In this document: piece by piece, positions 11,428 through 22,700 of the stretch
Layout: each line of letters begins with the position of its first letter
How positions within the stretch are numbered: the stretch's first letter is position 1
The notes under the pieces: model-generated
Seen by the model: only the letters and a program-made list of their open reading frames with translations
Database searches by the model: none
Told to the model about the DNA's origin: nothing
Origin: Paramoeba atlantica
Taxonomy: Eukaryota > Protista > Discosea
Assembly: GCA_977017575.1 (NCBI GenBank)
Contig: CDRNVI010000158.1
Coordinates: 1-64,000, forward strand
DNA: 64,000 bases
Direction: 5' to 3'
Made by a program: the position numbers and the translations under genes

Positions 11428-13984
11428 ATGAGAAGAGAAATTGAAAGAGAGAGTCTCTTTTTCTTTTTACAATTGGTCTTTTATTTTTGTTTGTTTGGCG
11501 AATTGACCACTTGTCAAGTTCATCATGTCAGTTTTTTGACCCGGACTGGTTTTTCTTTTTTTGATCCCCCCTTTTTTCTTTTTGTTTTTTCTCTCTCTTT
11601 TTTATTAAACAAAGAAAAAAGAATCTGTTGTTGCTGTTTGTTTGGTTGGAGAACTTCGCTCTTTTGAATTAACAAGTTTTTCTTTCTTTCATTCTTTTCC
11701 CTTTCCAAAAATAGTTTTTTTCTCTCTCATCCCCTCTCCTTCTCTTCTCTCTTTGTTGGCTCTGATCTCGTCTTTTTCTCTTCTCTCTCTTCTTTTCTTC
11801 TTTAAAAGTTTATGGAATATTCGACAATCTATTAAAAGTATTGGCAATGTATTCGCAAAGAGTTGATGTCTTTTTTTCTTCCTTTTTAACTGAAGATTCT
11901 TTCAAGGTTTGAAGGAGGGAGAATAGAAAGAAGTGAGAAAAAAGAAGAGAAAGAGAGGGCGGAAAGGAAAAAAAGATTTAATTTTAAAATTAAATTCAAG
12001 AATTGTTCTCTTCTTTTTCTCTTATTCTCTTTTCTCAGGTGATTTTGATATCAGAACAATTAAAAATATTAAAAGAAAAACTTCAAAATGACAATATTCG
12101 AATTTCCACAGTTCGGATGCCTCTACAATACCCTTTTGAAACTTCTCCTTTTTATTTAGGTTTTATTTTATTTTATTTTATTTTATTTTATTTTATTTTA
12201 TTTTATTATATTTTAATTCTTTGTAGATTTTGTTTCCTTTTTTTTTTGATCTTTCTTCTCTTATCTTGTCTTCTTTGTTTCGAGAAATTTAATCTTTTAC
12301 TCATTTTAGCAAAAAATTCAACTGGAACAATTCCTATTTCAAAAACTGGTCAAAATGGAATTTATGCTTTATTTAACTTGACCAGTTCTTGTAATCAGGT
12401 TTTCTTTATTGATCAATCTCCTCTTTTTCTTTGTTTTTCTTCTCATGAAACTCTTCAGATGATTTTAGATCAAGAAGAGAAAGAAAATTTCAAATACAGC
12501 AGAAGTAATTTTTTTATTCTATTTTTTTTCTATTTCGCTCAAGTTTTTCTCCTTGGCACAAAAGATTAATCCATTCTTTTATTAAATAAAATTTTCTTTC
12601 TCTCTCTTTTCCATAGTTGTGAGGACAAGATCAGATGGGTTATGGTACGATACTCCCTGGATCTTACGCGATCTCACAAAAAGTTGGGCAAAGAAACAAA
12701 ACCAGAGAATGGTTCCTTCTCTTTCTTTTTCTCTTTTCTTTTCACAATTTTTCTTTTTGCTTTTTTCTTAAACTTTCTCTTCCAATTGAAATTTTAGATT
12801 GATACGGTGTGGGTTCCAAAAAATTATCAATACTTTGGGTTAAATGATCGTTTTATTATTGGATCGTTCGTTTTTTATCTTTTTCCTTTATTTTTGATCT
12901 CTTTTTGAATTGTTTTATGATTAAAGGAGAGATTCTGTCTTAAAGGCGAATGCTCGATTTGAAAATCGACCAGGAAAGAGGTTTTCTTCATTTTCAATTT
13001 TTTTTATTGTTCTTTTTGAATAATAATTCGTTTCGCAGACATTATCAAAATAGTGAAGCTTCTCTTGTGGCAGAGTTAAGCAAAAAGAAAATCCCTTTTC
13101 GACGGATTAGTGTTCTTCTTTCTCTTTTCCAACTTTTTGATTCCGCTCTCCTCATTTTTCTTTCTCTTTTTAGTGTGAATTTGGAAAGTGTCATGTGCCT
13201 TTTTGTGTCCTTCGTCTCTTCACTGGGGTTCCTTTCTCTCTTTTTTTTTCTCTTCTTTTCTTTCCGATTTTCTTATTTGATCAAACAGGCTGATGGACCA
13301 ATTGTCACTTTAGATGATGATAAAATTCCTATTTTCGATGTTTGTTTTTTCTTTTCATTAATTCCACCATTTTTTTTAAAAAAACATTCTTCTGATTTTA
13401 GGGAGGAAAATGCAAACCTTGTGTTAAAGAATGCCATTCTTTCAAACTAGAAAGAAATTGGAAAACAATATTTGTGCGAATGACAAATCCCCAGAATTTG
13501 TTGCCTTTTGAAAAGTATGAAGAAGAATATTCCAATCTTCAAAATAGTCAGCTTTCTGAATGTGTGCATTATTTGAACCAAGCATTGAAGTATGATTTTC
13601 ATCTATTTTTTAATCTCTTATCTCTAATCTCGAATTAGGGATATAAAATGGGAATCTGATGCACTATTATCTGATGTTTGTCTTCTTTCTGGGGCATCCA
13701 AACTTCCGAACAATTTTTTTTCTGACGACATTATTCGGTTTTTGTTCTTCTTTTGATAAAAATAATAACTTTCATTTTTTGAATTTTCCTAATTTTTCAG
13801 TGGGGTGAAGACTTGGAAGAAGGATCGTTGTCAGCGATTTCCCCGTGCTTGTGGTCGCATAATCTCACATCGGAACTTTCGAACGGAGAATATTTCTCTC
13901 ACTTCTTCCTCACCCCCTTCGAAATTGGAAAAAATTCAAGGGAAACGCAGAAAACGAGGGCTCAAGGTTCAAAAAGTGGAGTGA
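11428..13984 (+). CDS. Multi-exon glycosyltransferase-like protein, paralog B (AVCxxGxxR / RSD / NDRF family)
   Basis: Hydrophobic leader exon, then exons VAVCLVGELRSF, VVRTRSDGLWYDT, GLNDRFIIG, NSEASLV, KCKPCV, KWESDALLSDVCLL, GVKTWKKDRCQRFP; stop at 13982-13984. Not visible in the ORF track because the exons are short. Confidence 0.7.
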
Positions 13985-14249
13985 GGAACTCCATCATTTT
14001 GAATTCTTTTCCTTTGGAAAGGAGGTCAATTTCTTGGAAATAATCAGCCTCCAATTAAAAAATTGTTTCTTTGTGAACTTAATGGTGTCGTTTAGACTGG
14101 GACACCAAATAATATTTACGGATTCCGTAAAACCAACTTTTTCTTTTTTTTGTTTTTCTTTTGTTTGGCGAACGGGTTGTGTTGGTGAGATAAAAGAGCG
14201 GGTGCAAAGAAGAAGAAGAAGAGAGGAAAGAAAGGAGAGAGAGAGAGAG

Positions 14250-15605
14250 ATGGGAAAACATGATTTCTTGACCCCTAAAGCAATTGCTAATCGAATTAAA
14301 TCGAAAGGGCTTCAAAAGTTGAGGTGGTATTGCCAGATGTGCCAGAAGCAGTGTCGAGATGAGAACGGGTTCAAGTGCCATTGTATGTCAGAGAGTCATC
14401 AAAGACAAATGCAAATCGTCAGTCAGAACCCAAACAAGTTTTTGAGTGGATTTTCTGAATCTTTCAAGACAGACTTTTTGGATGTTCTTTGGAGACGGCA
14501 CGGATCGAAACGTGTGAGGGCAACAAAGGTTTGGACTGAGTATATCGCTGATCGTGATCATATCCACATGAACTCCACTGTTTGGGTCACTTTAACGAAC
14601 TTTGTAAAGTTCCTTGGTCGTGAAGGTATCTGTAAAGTGGATCAAGACGAAGAAGGAAAGTGGTACATGGCTTATCTTTATCGAGACCCCGAAGTTCTCA
14701 AAAGGCAAGAAGCCCTTGCGAAAAAGGAGAAAATGAACCTCGATGACGAAGAGAGACAAATGAGATTGATTCGAAAACAACAAGCAAAGGTTGGAGACTT
14801 AAAAGAAGAAGGCAATAGCGATGATACTGATGATTCGATTGACGAAGAGAAAACCAAACTCGATTTCGAACAAAAACCTCAGGTGAAACTATCGATTGGA
14901 AGTGGCTCTAAACGACCACTTCACTCTCGTTCTTCTTCATTCCACCAACAACGATCGAAAAATGTATTTCTCAAAGATGAAGAAGAGGAAGGAAAAGAAG
15001 AAAAGGGAGAGAAGAAACAGATGAGGAACGCAGAAGAGGAAGAAGAAACATCCTCCTCTTTTGGTAGCAGGAAAAGAAAAGGTGAGAGAGAAGGATCCTC
15101 CAATTATCAGTTCGATCAAAACCCCCAAAAAAAGAGTCGAAAAATGAGTGCGGTTGAAGAGATTGTGTACCACAACGAGAAAAAGAAACAAGCCCAAATC
15201 CTTCGAGAACAACAACAGAAAGAAAAAGAATATGAATCGAATCGTTTTGATTATTGGCTTACCCCTGGTATTATCGTAAAAATAATGCACAAATCGCTTG
15301 GAGATGGATCATATTATAAAAAGAAAGCTGAGGTTGTTGATGTGGTTGAGAAGTATGGTGCCATTCTTCGTGTTCTCGACAATGGCCACAAAATTAAACT
15401 TGATCAAGATGACTTGGAAACCGTTTTGCCTTCTCTTCAAGGAAAGGTGATAGTTTTGAATGGAACTCATCGCCATCGAGTTGGAGTTCTTGTTAATGTT
15501 AATCTTGCTAAATTTTCGGCGACTGTTCGGTTGTCGAGTGGGTCACAAAAAGGAAAAGAGATTGAATTTGAATATGAGGATATTTCTAAACTTGTTGAAC
15601 AGTAA
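14250..15605 (+). CDS. KIN17: KIN17 DNA/RNA-binding protein
   Basis: MGKHDFLTPKAIANRIKSKGLQKLRWYCQMCQKQCRDENGFKCHCMSESHQRQ, HIHMNST.W.TL, C-terminal KOW/SH3-like region. Confidence 0.97.
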   Translation: MGKHDFLTPKAIANRIKSKGLQKLRWYCQMCQKQCRDENGFKCHCMSESHQRQMQIVSQNPNKFLSGFSESFKTDFLDVLWRRHGSKRVRATKVWTEYIADRDHIHMNSTVWVTLTNFVKFLGREGICKVDQDEEGKWYMAYLYRDPEVLKRQEALAKKEKMNLDDEERQMRLIRKQQAKVGDLKEEGNSDDTDDSIDEEKTKLDFEQKPQVKLSIGSGSKRPLHSRSSSFHQQRSKNVFLKDEEEEGKEEKGEKKQMRNAEEEEETSSSFGSRKRKGEREGSSNYQFDQNPQKKSRKMSAVEEIVYHNEKKKQAQILREQQQKEKEYESNRFDYWLTPGIIVKIMHKSLGDGSYYKKKAEVVDVVEKYGAILRVLDNGHKIKLDQDDLETVLPSLQGKVIVLNGTHRHRVGVLVNVNLAKFSATVRLSSGSQKGKEIEFEYEDISKLVEQ

Positions 15606-15787
15606 AAACAAAAGAAACCAAGAGACGAAAACAAAGGAAATCAAAGAATTTTTATCTAAAGGTTTTTCATTCATTTAAATAGAGAATTGAATAATAGAGA
15701 GAGAGGGTTTTGTTTTTTTCATAGAACAGGAAGATTGTGATTCTTTTCTTGTTTTGCTGGTTTTAATGAATGAGAAGCAAGCACATC

Positions 15788-16433
15788 CTAAATCACCATT
15801 TTAGCCTTGAAAGAAGAGAGAGAGAGAGCAAGAGAAACAAGAAAGAGAGAAAAGAAAACCTCAATTGTCTCAGCAACATCATAATGGCGATATCGTCTTG
15901 CAGTTTCATTTGGTGTTTCATTGAAAATGTTTTGGAGAAATGGATCGGCACCACATCCAAGAAGAAGAACAGCAAGTTCCTTTTGACCTCCTTTTGCAAC
16001 TTTGTGGAGTGGGGTTTACAACAAAAGATCAAGTTTCTTTTTTCATCTTCTCTTTTTTTCTTTTTCAAGTTTCTTTTTCATCTTCTCTTTTTTACTTTTT
16101 CAAGTTTGAAAAAAGAAACCTCTTTGACGCCATCGACTACATTCAGTTCCGCACCATACTTAATCAACAGAGCTGAAATACCATTGTAGTTGTCAAAAAT
16201 ACTTTCATGCAAGACACTCTACAACAAAATTAAAATTCAGATGAGAAATTTGGAAGAGAGAGGAGAAGAGAGAAAGAAAGAGAGAAAGAAAGAAAAATAA
16301 CCCATCCCCTTTTTCCAGTTGAAGGTCTCTGGTTTGGATCAACGGTTCCTTCCTTCAAGAGAGTTTCGAGTCTGGCCAACTTATCATGGTTTTCAGGAAC
16401 AAAGGCACGATCTAAGGCGGAAAGTGTGTCCAT
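15788..16433 (-). CDS. Small ankyrin-repeat protein (about 4 exons)
   Basis: ATG 16433 (MDTLSALD). Exons read CLHESIFDNYNGISALLIKYGAELNVVD and LHKVAKGGQKELAVLLLGCGADP; last exon AKMVI-TAG. Confidence 0.8.
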
Positions 16434-16799
16434 AAGGATAATGAGAGAAGAACAAAAGAAAAACAAAAACAAAATAAAACCAAACAGAGAAGAAAAAGAA
16501 AGGAAAAAGAAGAGCGAAAAAGAGGAGGGTGTTGTTCGCTCGTTGTTCTTTCACTGAAAAAAGTAACTGTGAAATTAAGTTGTGTCTTTCTCACTCAAAT
16601 TTTACTTCGTTTGATTCGAACTTGATTCAACATTTTCGTTGTTTTTTGGACACGTTTTCTCTTTTGTGAAGGAAAAATGGGCTTGAAAAAATGAGAAAAA
16701 TTTCAGTTTCTGAGATTGATAAATTTAAAATATGATACATTTTATTTCTTACAAATTTCCCAAAAAAAAAAAATACTAATTCAAACACAGAAAAAGAAA

Positions 16800-19700
16800 T
16801 TATTCCTCCGCAACCCCAGCTTTCTCCTTTTCTTTTTCTTTCCCTTTCTTCTCTTTTTTCTTTTTTTCTTTCTTCTTTTCTTTCTTTCCCTTCTCGTCCT
16901 CTCTTGCAAGAGAATAAAGTCCTTCAGTCACAGTCTGAGAGCTTCCAAACCCTCCTCCCCCTTTTCTCTTCTCTTTCTCAACTTCATCCCCTCCGAGTAT
17001 TAGAGATGCTGGCCTCTCTTTCTTCTTTCTCCTCTTCTCCTCTCTACTTGATGACCTTTTCCTAGTCTCTCTCCCTTTCTTCTTCTCACTACTCCCTCTT
17101 CTTTCACACACATCTCCTTTCCCTTTCTTTCTCTCTCCACTATCTTTTCTCTCTCCATCTTCTCTCCTTTTTTTCTCATAACGTTTCGCAAGACCAGTCT
17201 CCAAAGTCTTCCAATCAACCTCTTCTTTCGAACTGTCTCTTTCTCCCACTTCTTCTCCTTCTCTCTCTTCTCGCCCTTCTCTCTCTTCTCTTTCTCTCTC
17301 CTTTCCAATCAGACCTGCCAGACCTGCAGAACTGATCCTCGTCCCACTCCTTCTCTTACTCTTATCTCTCTTTCCTCTCTTCTCTCCTTTCTCTTCTTTG
17401 TTGAGGGTGAGAGTTGGAGAATCTTTTGACTCTCTACTTTTTCTTCTCCTCTCTGAACTTTTATTTCTCTCTAGAAGAACTGAACTTCCTCTTTTCTTCT
17501 TCTTTTTCTTTCCTTCCTTTTTAAGTTCTTCAGATGGTTGTTCTTGTAAAACTTGTTCTTTCTCTTTTTCTGGCTCTTGTTCTTGTTGATCTTTCTCTTC
17601 TTTTATTTCCTCTTCTTCTCTTCTTTCCATCTGTTTCTTTTCTATTTCATCTTTCTCTTTCCCGTTGTCTTCTTTTGTCATTTCTTTTTCCCCTTCTTCT
17701 ACCTCTTTTTTCTCTTTTACTTCCTCGTCTTGTACCTGCACCCCTTTCTCCTCTTCACTTTGTTCAGATTTCTCTTCCTTCTTCTCTTCTGTCTTCTCTT
17801 CCGCCTTCTCTTCCACCTTCTCTTCCCCCTTCTCTTCCACCTTCTCTCCCTTTCCCCCTTCTTGCTCTTTTTCCCTCTTCCCCACAAACAACCCAGGAGG
17901 AAACTTCTCTTTCGGAGAGACACCATTCCCCGGCCTCTCTCCCTGCCCAAAAGTTCTTCTTCTCCCTCCTCCAATTTTCACAGATCCAACTTTCTCAACA
18001 ACATTTCCACCACTCGCTCGACGAGACCCCACATTATACCCTCCAGTTGTTGATGTGTTATTCCCCCCCTGTTGTGATCCTCTTCTTGGTGTATGTTGTC
18101 CAGATTGTTGCGCCGCAATCTCAATCTCTCGAGTCTTCATCTCAAAGAACTCACTCTTGTGGCGGACAACTTCTCCCGGGATTGGTTGGGTATTGGGGGA
18201 TGATCTAAGCGGATGGTTTTGACTAGAAGAAGACATCTCCCCTTCTTGTTGGAGGGCTCCTTGAAAGTTTGACAAATCGCTGATCATGATCGTTTGGCGT
18301 CTTTTATTGCGCATCGCTCGTACTTCCTGAAAAAAATATTCATCAACAATCACAAATCAGAACAAAGAAAGAATAAAGAAATCAAAAGAAAAAGAAAAAG
18401 ATCAAAAGAAAAGCAAACCTCTAAACACTTCTCCCTCTCCCTTGCCTCCTTTGCAAGTTTTTCCTTCACTTCTGCCTCCCACCGTGACTTTAACTCCCCA
18501 AATCGGTCCTTTCCGATTGTCTCTGGCTTTCCTCCCACTCCAACAACAACCTATTTGCAAAAGAGTTAATAAAGAGAGAAAAGAGAAAGAAAGAGAGAAA
18601 AGAGAAATGGAAAAAAAAAAAAAAGAAAGAAAAGAAAAGAAAACCTGGTTCGCCATGACAGATCTCCTCTTAGCCAACATAGCAAGAGCCCTAACTCTCC
18701 CAGTAGAATTGAGAGAACCATCAGAAAATTCTTGGTCAGAAGGATAATATTCCTCTTCTGTTTGTTCTATTTCTCTTTGTGGGAGAGAGGAAGAGAGAGA
18801 GGAAGGAATGGAAGAAGAAGGGAGAGAGGAAGGAAGAGAAGAGGAGAAGCTAGCAGTGAGAGAGGTTGTTACTGGAGCGTTCACAAGCTCCATTTTCCTC
18901 TCTTTTCTCTTTTTCTTTCTCTCTTTCTCTTTCCTTTTTCCTTTCTCGAGTTCTTCTTTCTCTTCTTGCTGTCCTTCCTCTTCTATATTTTCCCCATTTT
19001 CTTCCTTTTCTTCCTTTTCTTCCTCTTCTTCCTTTTCTTCCTCTTCTTCTTCCTTTCCTTCTTTTCCTTCTGATCCTTCTACTCCTTCTTTGTCCAATTT
19101 CTCTTCTTTCTCTTCTTTCTCTTCTTTCTCTTCTTTCTCTTCTTGTTCTTTTTCTTTTCCCTCTTCTTTCTCTTCTTCCTCAACTTCATCTTCTCTCTCT
19201 TTTTGCTCTTTTTCTTCTTTTTTCTCTTCTTCTCTTCTTTTTTCTTCTTCTTCTTCTTCTCTTTCTTTTTGGAACTTTTGAAGAGAGACGATTGAAGAAG
19301 AGAATACAGAAAGAGAGAGAAGCTCTCTCTCGAGCTGTTTACCGATGTCTTCATTTTCTTCTTCTTCTTCTTCTCTCTCTTCTTCCTTTGCCTCTTCAAT
19401 ATCCACCATTTGAGTATCTTCTTCTTTCTCTCGTTCTTCCATAAGGATCTCTTCTTTCTCTTTCTCTTTCTCTTTCTCTACGACACCAAAACGAACTCCT
19501 CCCTCTCCTGTCTCTTCTTCTTGTTCACTCAATTTGCTCTTTGCTCTCAGGACTTGATCAGCAGACACAGTGACACTCCTCTTCTTTCTCTCTTCTATCT
19601 CATGTTCTCTTGCAATTCCTCTCTCGATACCCCCTTCACTTCGCTCAACTGGGAGACTTTTTCTATCACAATAAAGGATAAGTTTTAAAAAGAGAAGGAA

Positions 19701-22700
19701 AAAGAAGAAGGAAAGAGAGAAAGGAAAGAAACCTCTTTTCAATCTTCGAACTGACCACCCCAGCAACGCTTTTTCTCCGATCAATTCCGCTCCCTTTCTT
19801 TCCACCCTTCAGAGGTTGATTGATAAACGAAATAAGACACTTTGAAGAAGCTGTACTTGTAATTCTCCCACTAAAAAAAAAGGGGATGAACAAAAGAGGA
19901 GTTAAAAACATCGAAAAAAATAAAATAAAAACAAACCCCTTCCTTTTGCCCTCCATTTGCAAATCCAACCTACTATCCTCATCTTTACACATCTCATACT
20001 CAATCATCGCATGTCTCGTGCTCCACAATATCGCCAATCGCCGAGCATTCGCCTCCATCGTAGGTCTTTCATCTTGACTATCTTTCCAATTATCATGAAT
20101 AATAGAAGCATAGATTGGGTCACATGTTTTCGGGATCGCAGGTCTTTCTCCAGATTTGACCAGATCTTGAATTTCCCAAAAGAATAAATCATCAGAATAC
20201 GGTTTGGTACAAGTTAACATCTCCCATAAAATAATTGCAAAAGAGTAACAATCTGCCTTTTCTGTATAATGTTCGTCTCGAATAATTTCAGGGGCTAACC
20301 AAGTTGGATTATCAACAACTCTTTCTTTGAGGGTATCAGATAAGAGCAATTTTCGACTCAATCCAAAATCTGCTACTTTTGCAACGTAGCGAACTCTTCC
20401 AGAGACCGTTATCCCTCTCTTGAGAAGAATATTGGGGGATTTAAGATCGCGGTGAATCAATCGGTGCATATGAATGAAAGACATCCCATTCGCAACATCC
20501 ATGGCAAGAGAAACAGCAGAAGTTGAGTTCATTTTGGTTCCACTTGCACTCCGAGGGTTAAAAATAAAATCATACAATGTCCCAAGTGGCATATATTCCA
20601 AAACAATCGCAAAAGGCTCCATCACAACCCCTTTAAAATGGACAATGTTTGTATGTTGTAACGAACTAATCAACGCAGCCTCTCTCCTAAACTCTTCGAA
20701 AACATTAATCAAACTCTCCATTGCCTCCTTTTCATCATCTTCATCTCCACCAAGTTCGGCCTTCAAAGTTTGAGGAAGATTCAATTGCTTCATAGCCACC
20801 GCCTCTCCCCCAAACATCGCCTTGTGAACTGTTGCAAATGCCCCAATCCCAATCTCTTCAATAACATTCAAATCAGTAAATTTAATCTGACATCCTCTCA
20901 AAGAAGACATTGTCAAATCTGGAACAACCAAATGTGCAGAAACTTGTGAAGGTTCTTCTGCTGGTGCACCTCCTTTCCCAAGAGGACAAAGAAGGATCGA
21001 ATTTCCCGTCGCCACAGCAGTTTGACACTCACGAAGCGTGAAAAAATATGGTTCATAATAACTTGAAGGAGATTTTCGGTTCACTTCAATGCAATGAGCG
21101 CAAGGGACTTGAACTTTAATACTAATATGGTGTCCCTCTTCCTCCAATAATTCCATAACATTATCCCCAATTGCTAAAAGCGTCCCTCCCACGTCAATTC
21201 CACGGACATGCAAAACAATTTGATGTCTTTTCACATCCATTCCTAAAAAGACAATAGAAGAGCCTCGAATGAAGATGATCCCAGTTTGCCAGTATGCGAG
21301 GGGGTTTAATTCTTCTGATTCTGAATGATAAAAAAAAAGATTAAAAAAATTGGTTTTTCAGGATCTCACTGAGTATTTTTGAAATGAAAAGGAGAAGTAA
21401 TAAAATAAATAAAGAACCTAATAAACGACTCAGCACTCGCCCAAAAAATCCCATATACAAATACTCAAATTGATAAATTCTTCCAACTTCCATAATTACT
21501 TCTTGTTTGTCTGATCTAACGAGAGAACGAGGTCGAATTCGTTTTTTTTGTTGTTGAGAAGAAGAAGGAGAAGGAGAGGAAGAACCGATCTCCATTGAAT
21601 TTCCAAGAGATGAAGTAATTGGAGTCATTGGAGAGTTAGAAGCAGAAGAGGGACTATTAGAAGCAGAAGGAGAATTTCTGGAAGGAGAATTCAATTTTGA
21701 TAAATGATTTCCTTCCCCTTCTTCCTCCCAAGGTCGATCCCCAAAAGAACGGAGCAACCCTCCCACAGATTTCGGATATTTTTCATACAATCTCAAATCA
21801 CTCGCGTCATTAAACTTTAGATTCTTCATCGAAAGCGTCAACGTCATCTTCAACATCAAGGATTCCGGAGAATTAGGTAAAACATGGGGAATAAAATATC
21901 TATCATCATTACCAGAGGCTTTCCCCATTGGAATAATCAAATCACTCATCCTCAAAAAAGCGATCATACTCTCAAACAACGACTCAGGAAACTCACTCGA
22001 AACAAAAAAGTTCCTTAATTGAGTCGCAGTAAAAATCGCAGTATCAGTTTGGACAACAGTATCTAATATTTTCAGTGATCTCTTATCTTCTGTGACACGT
22101 GCGGGACGATCTTCCAAAACCCAATCTACCAAATGGCGAGAGAGGTCTGTCACCAACTTAGTAATAAAATCAAACTTAATAATCACATCATCAACTGCAC
22201 TCGGATATCGTCCTGTACAAACAAGAACTCCAATAGAAGAAAGAAATGTTTGAGCAGGAAGAATGTCATCTTCTTTGATACCAACTTGGGCTGCGATTCC
22301 AATGAATTTGTCTCGTGGGATCATCCAATCTTTTACATCTTCTGCTTCCTCTCTAAAAAAAGAAAAAAAAATGAGTGATCACTCGCTCAAAAAAAAACAA
22401 ACAACAATAGAAAAGAAAACCTTAAGAAGCGCACTTCTTCTTCGAAATGAAGAAAAGAAACTGGAACTTTCCTTGGCCACTCTGTTTGAACAGAAACAAT
22501 ACCTTCCACAATTGCATTTGATACATCATCTAATCCTTTTCCTGTTAGAATTTTTTTAGTAATTCGAAGATTAGAAAATGAAGAGATAATAGAAATTAAT
22601 TAAATTAAAAGAAAAAAATCCGAAACCAGTAAAACAATTCACTGGCAAAACCGCACAAACAACCTTTGCATCCCTCTCCAAACCACTCTGAGTAGTATTC

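Noticed and set aside
12160-12210. (TTTTA)n tract
   Set aside because: Ordinary intronic microsatellite.
16700-19450. Many overlapping F/L/S-rich or K/R-rich ORFs in alternative frames (also 5057-5875 and 53700-55800)
   Set aside because: These are shadows of GAA/TTC-rich low-complexity coding sequence, which lacks stops in other frames.
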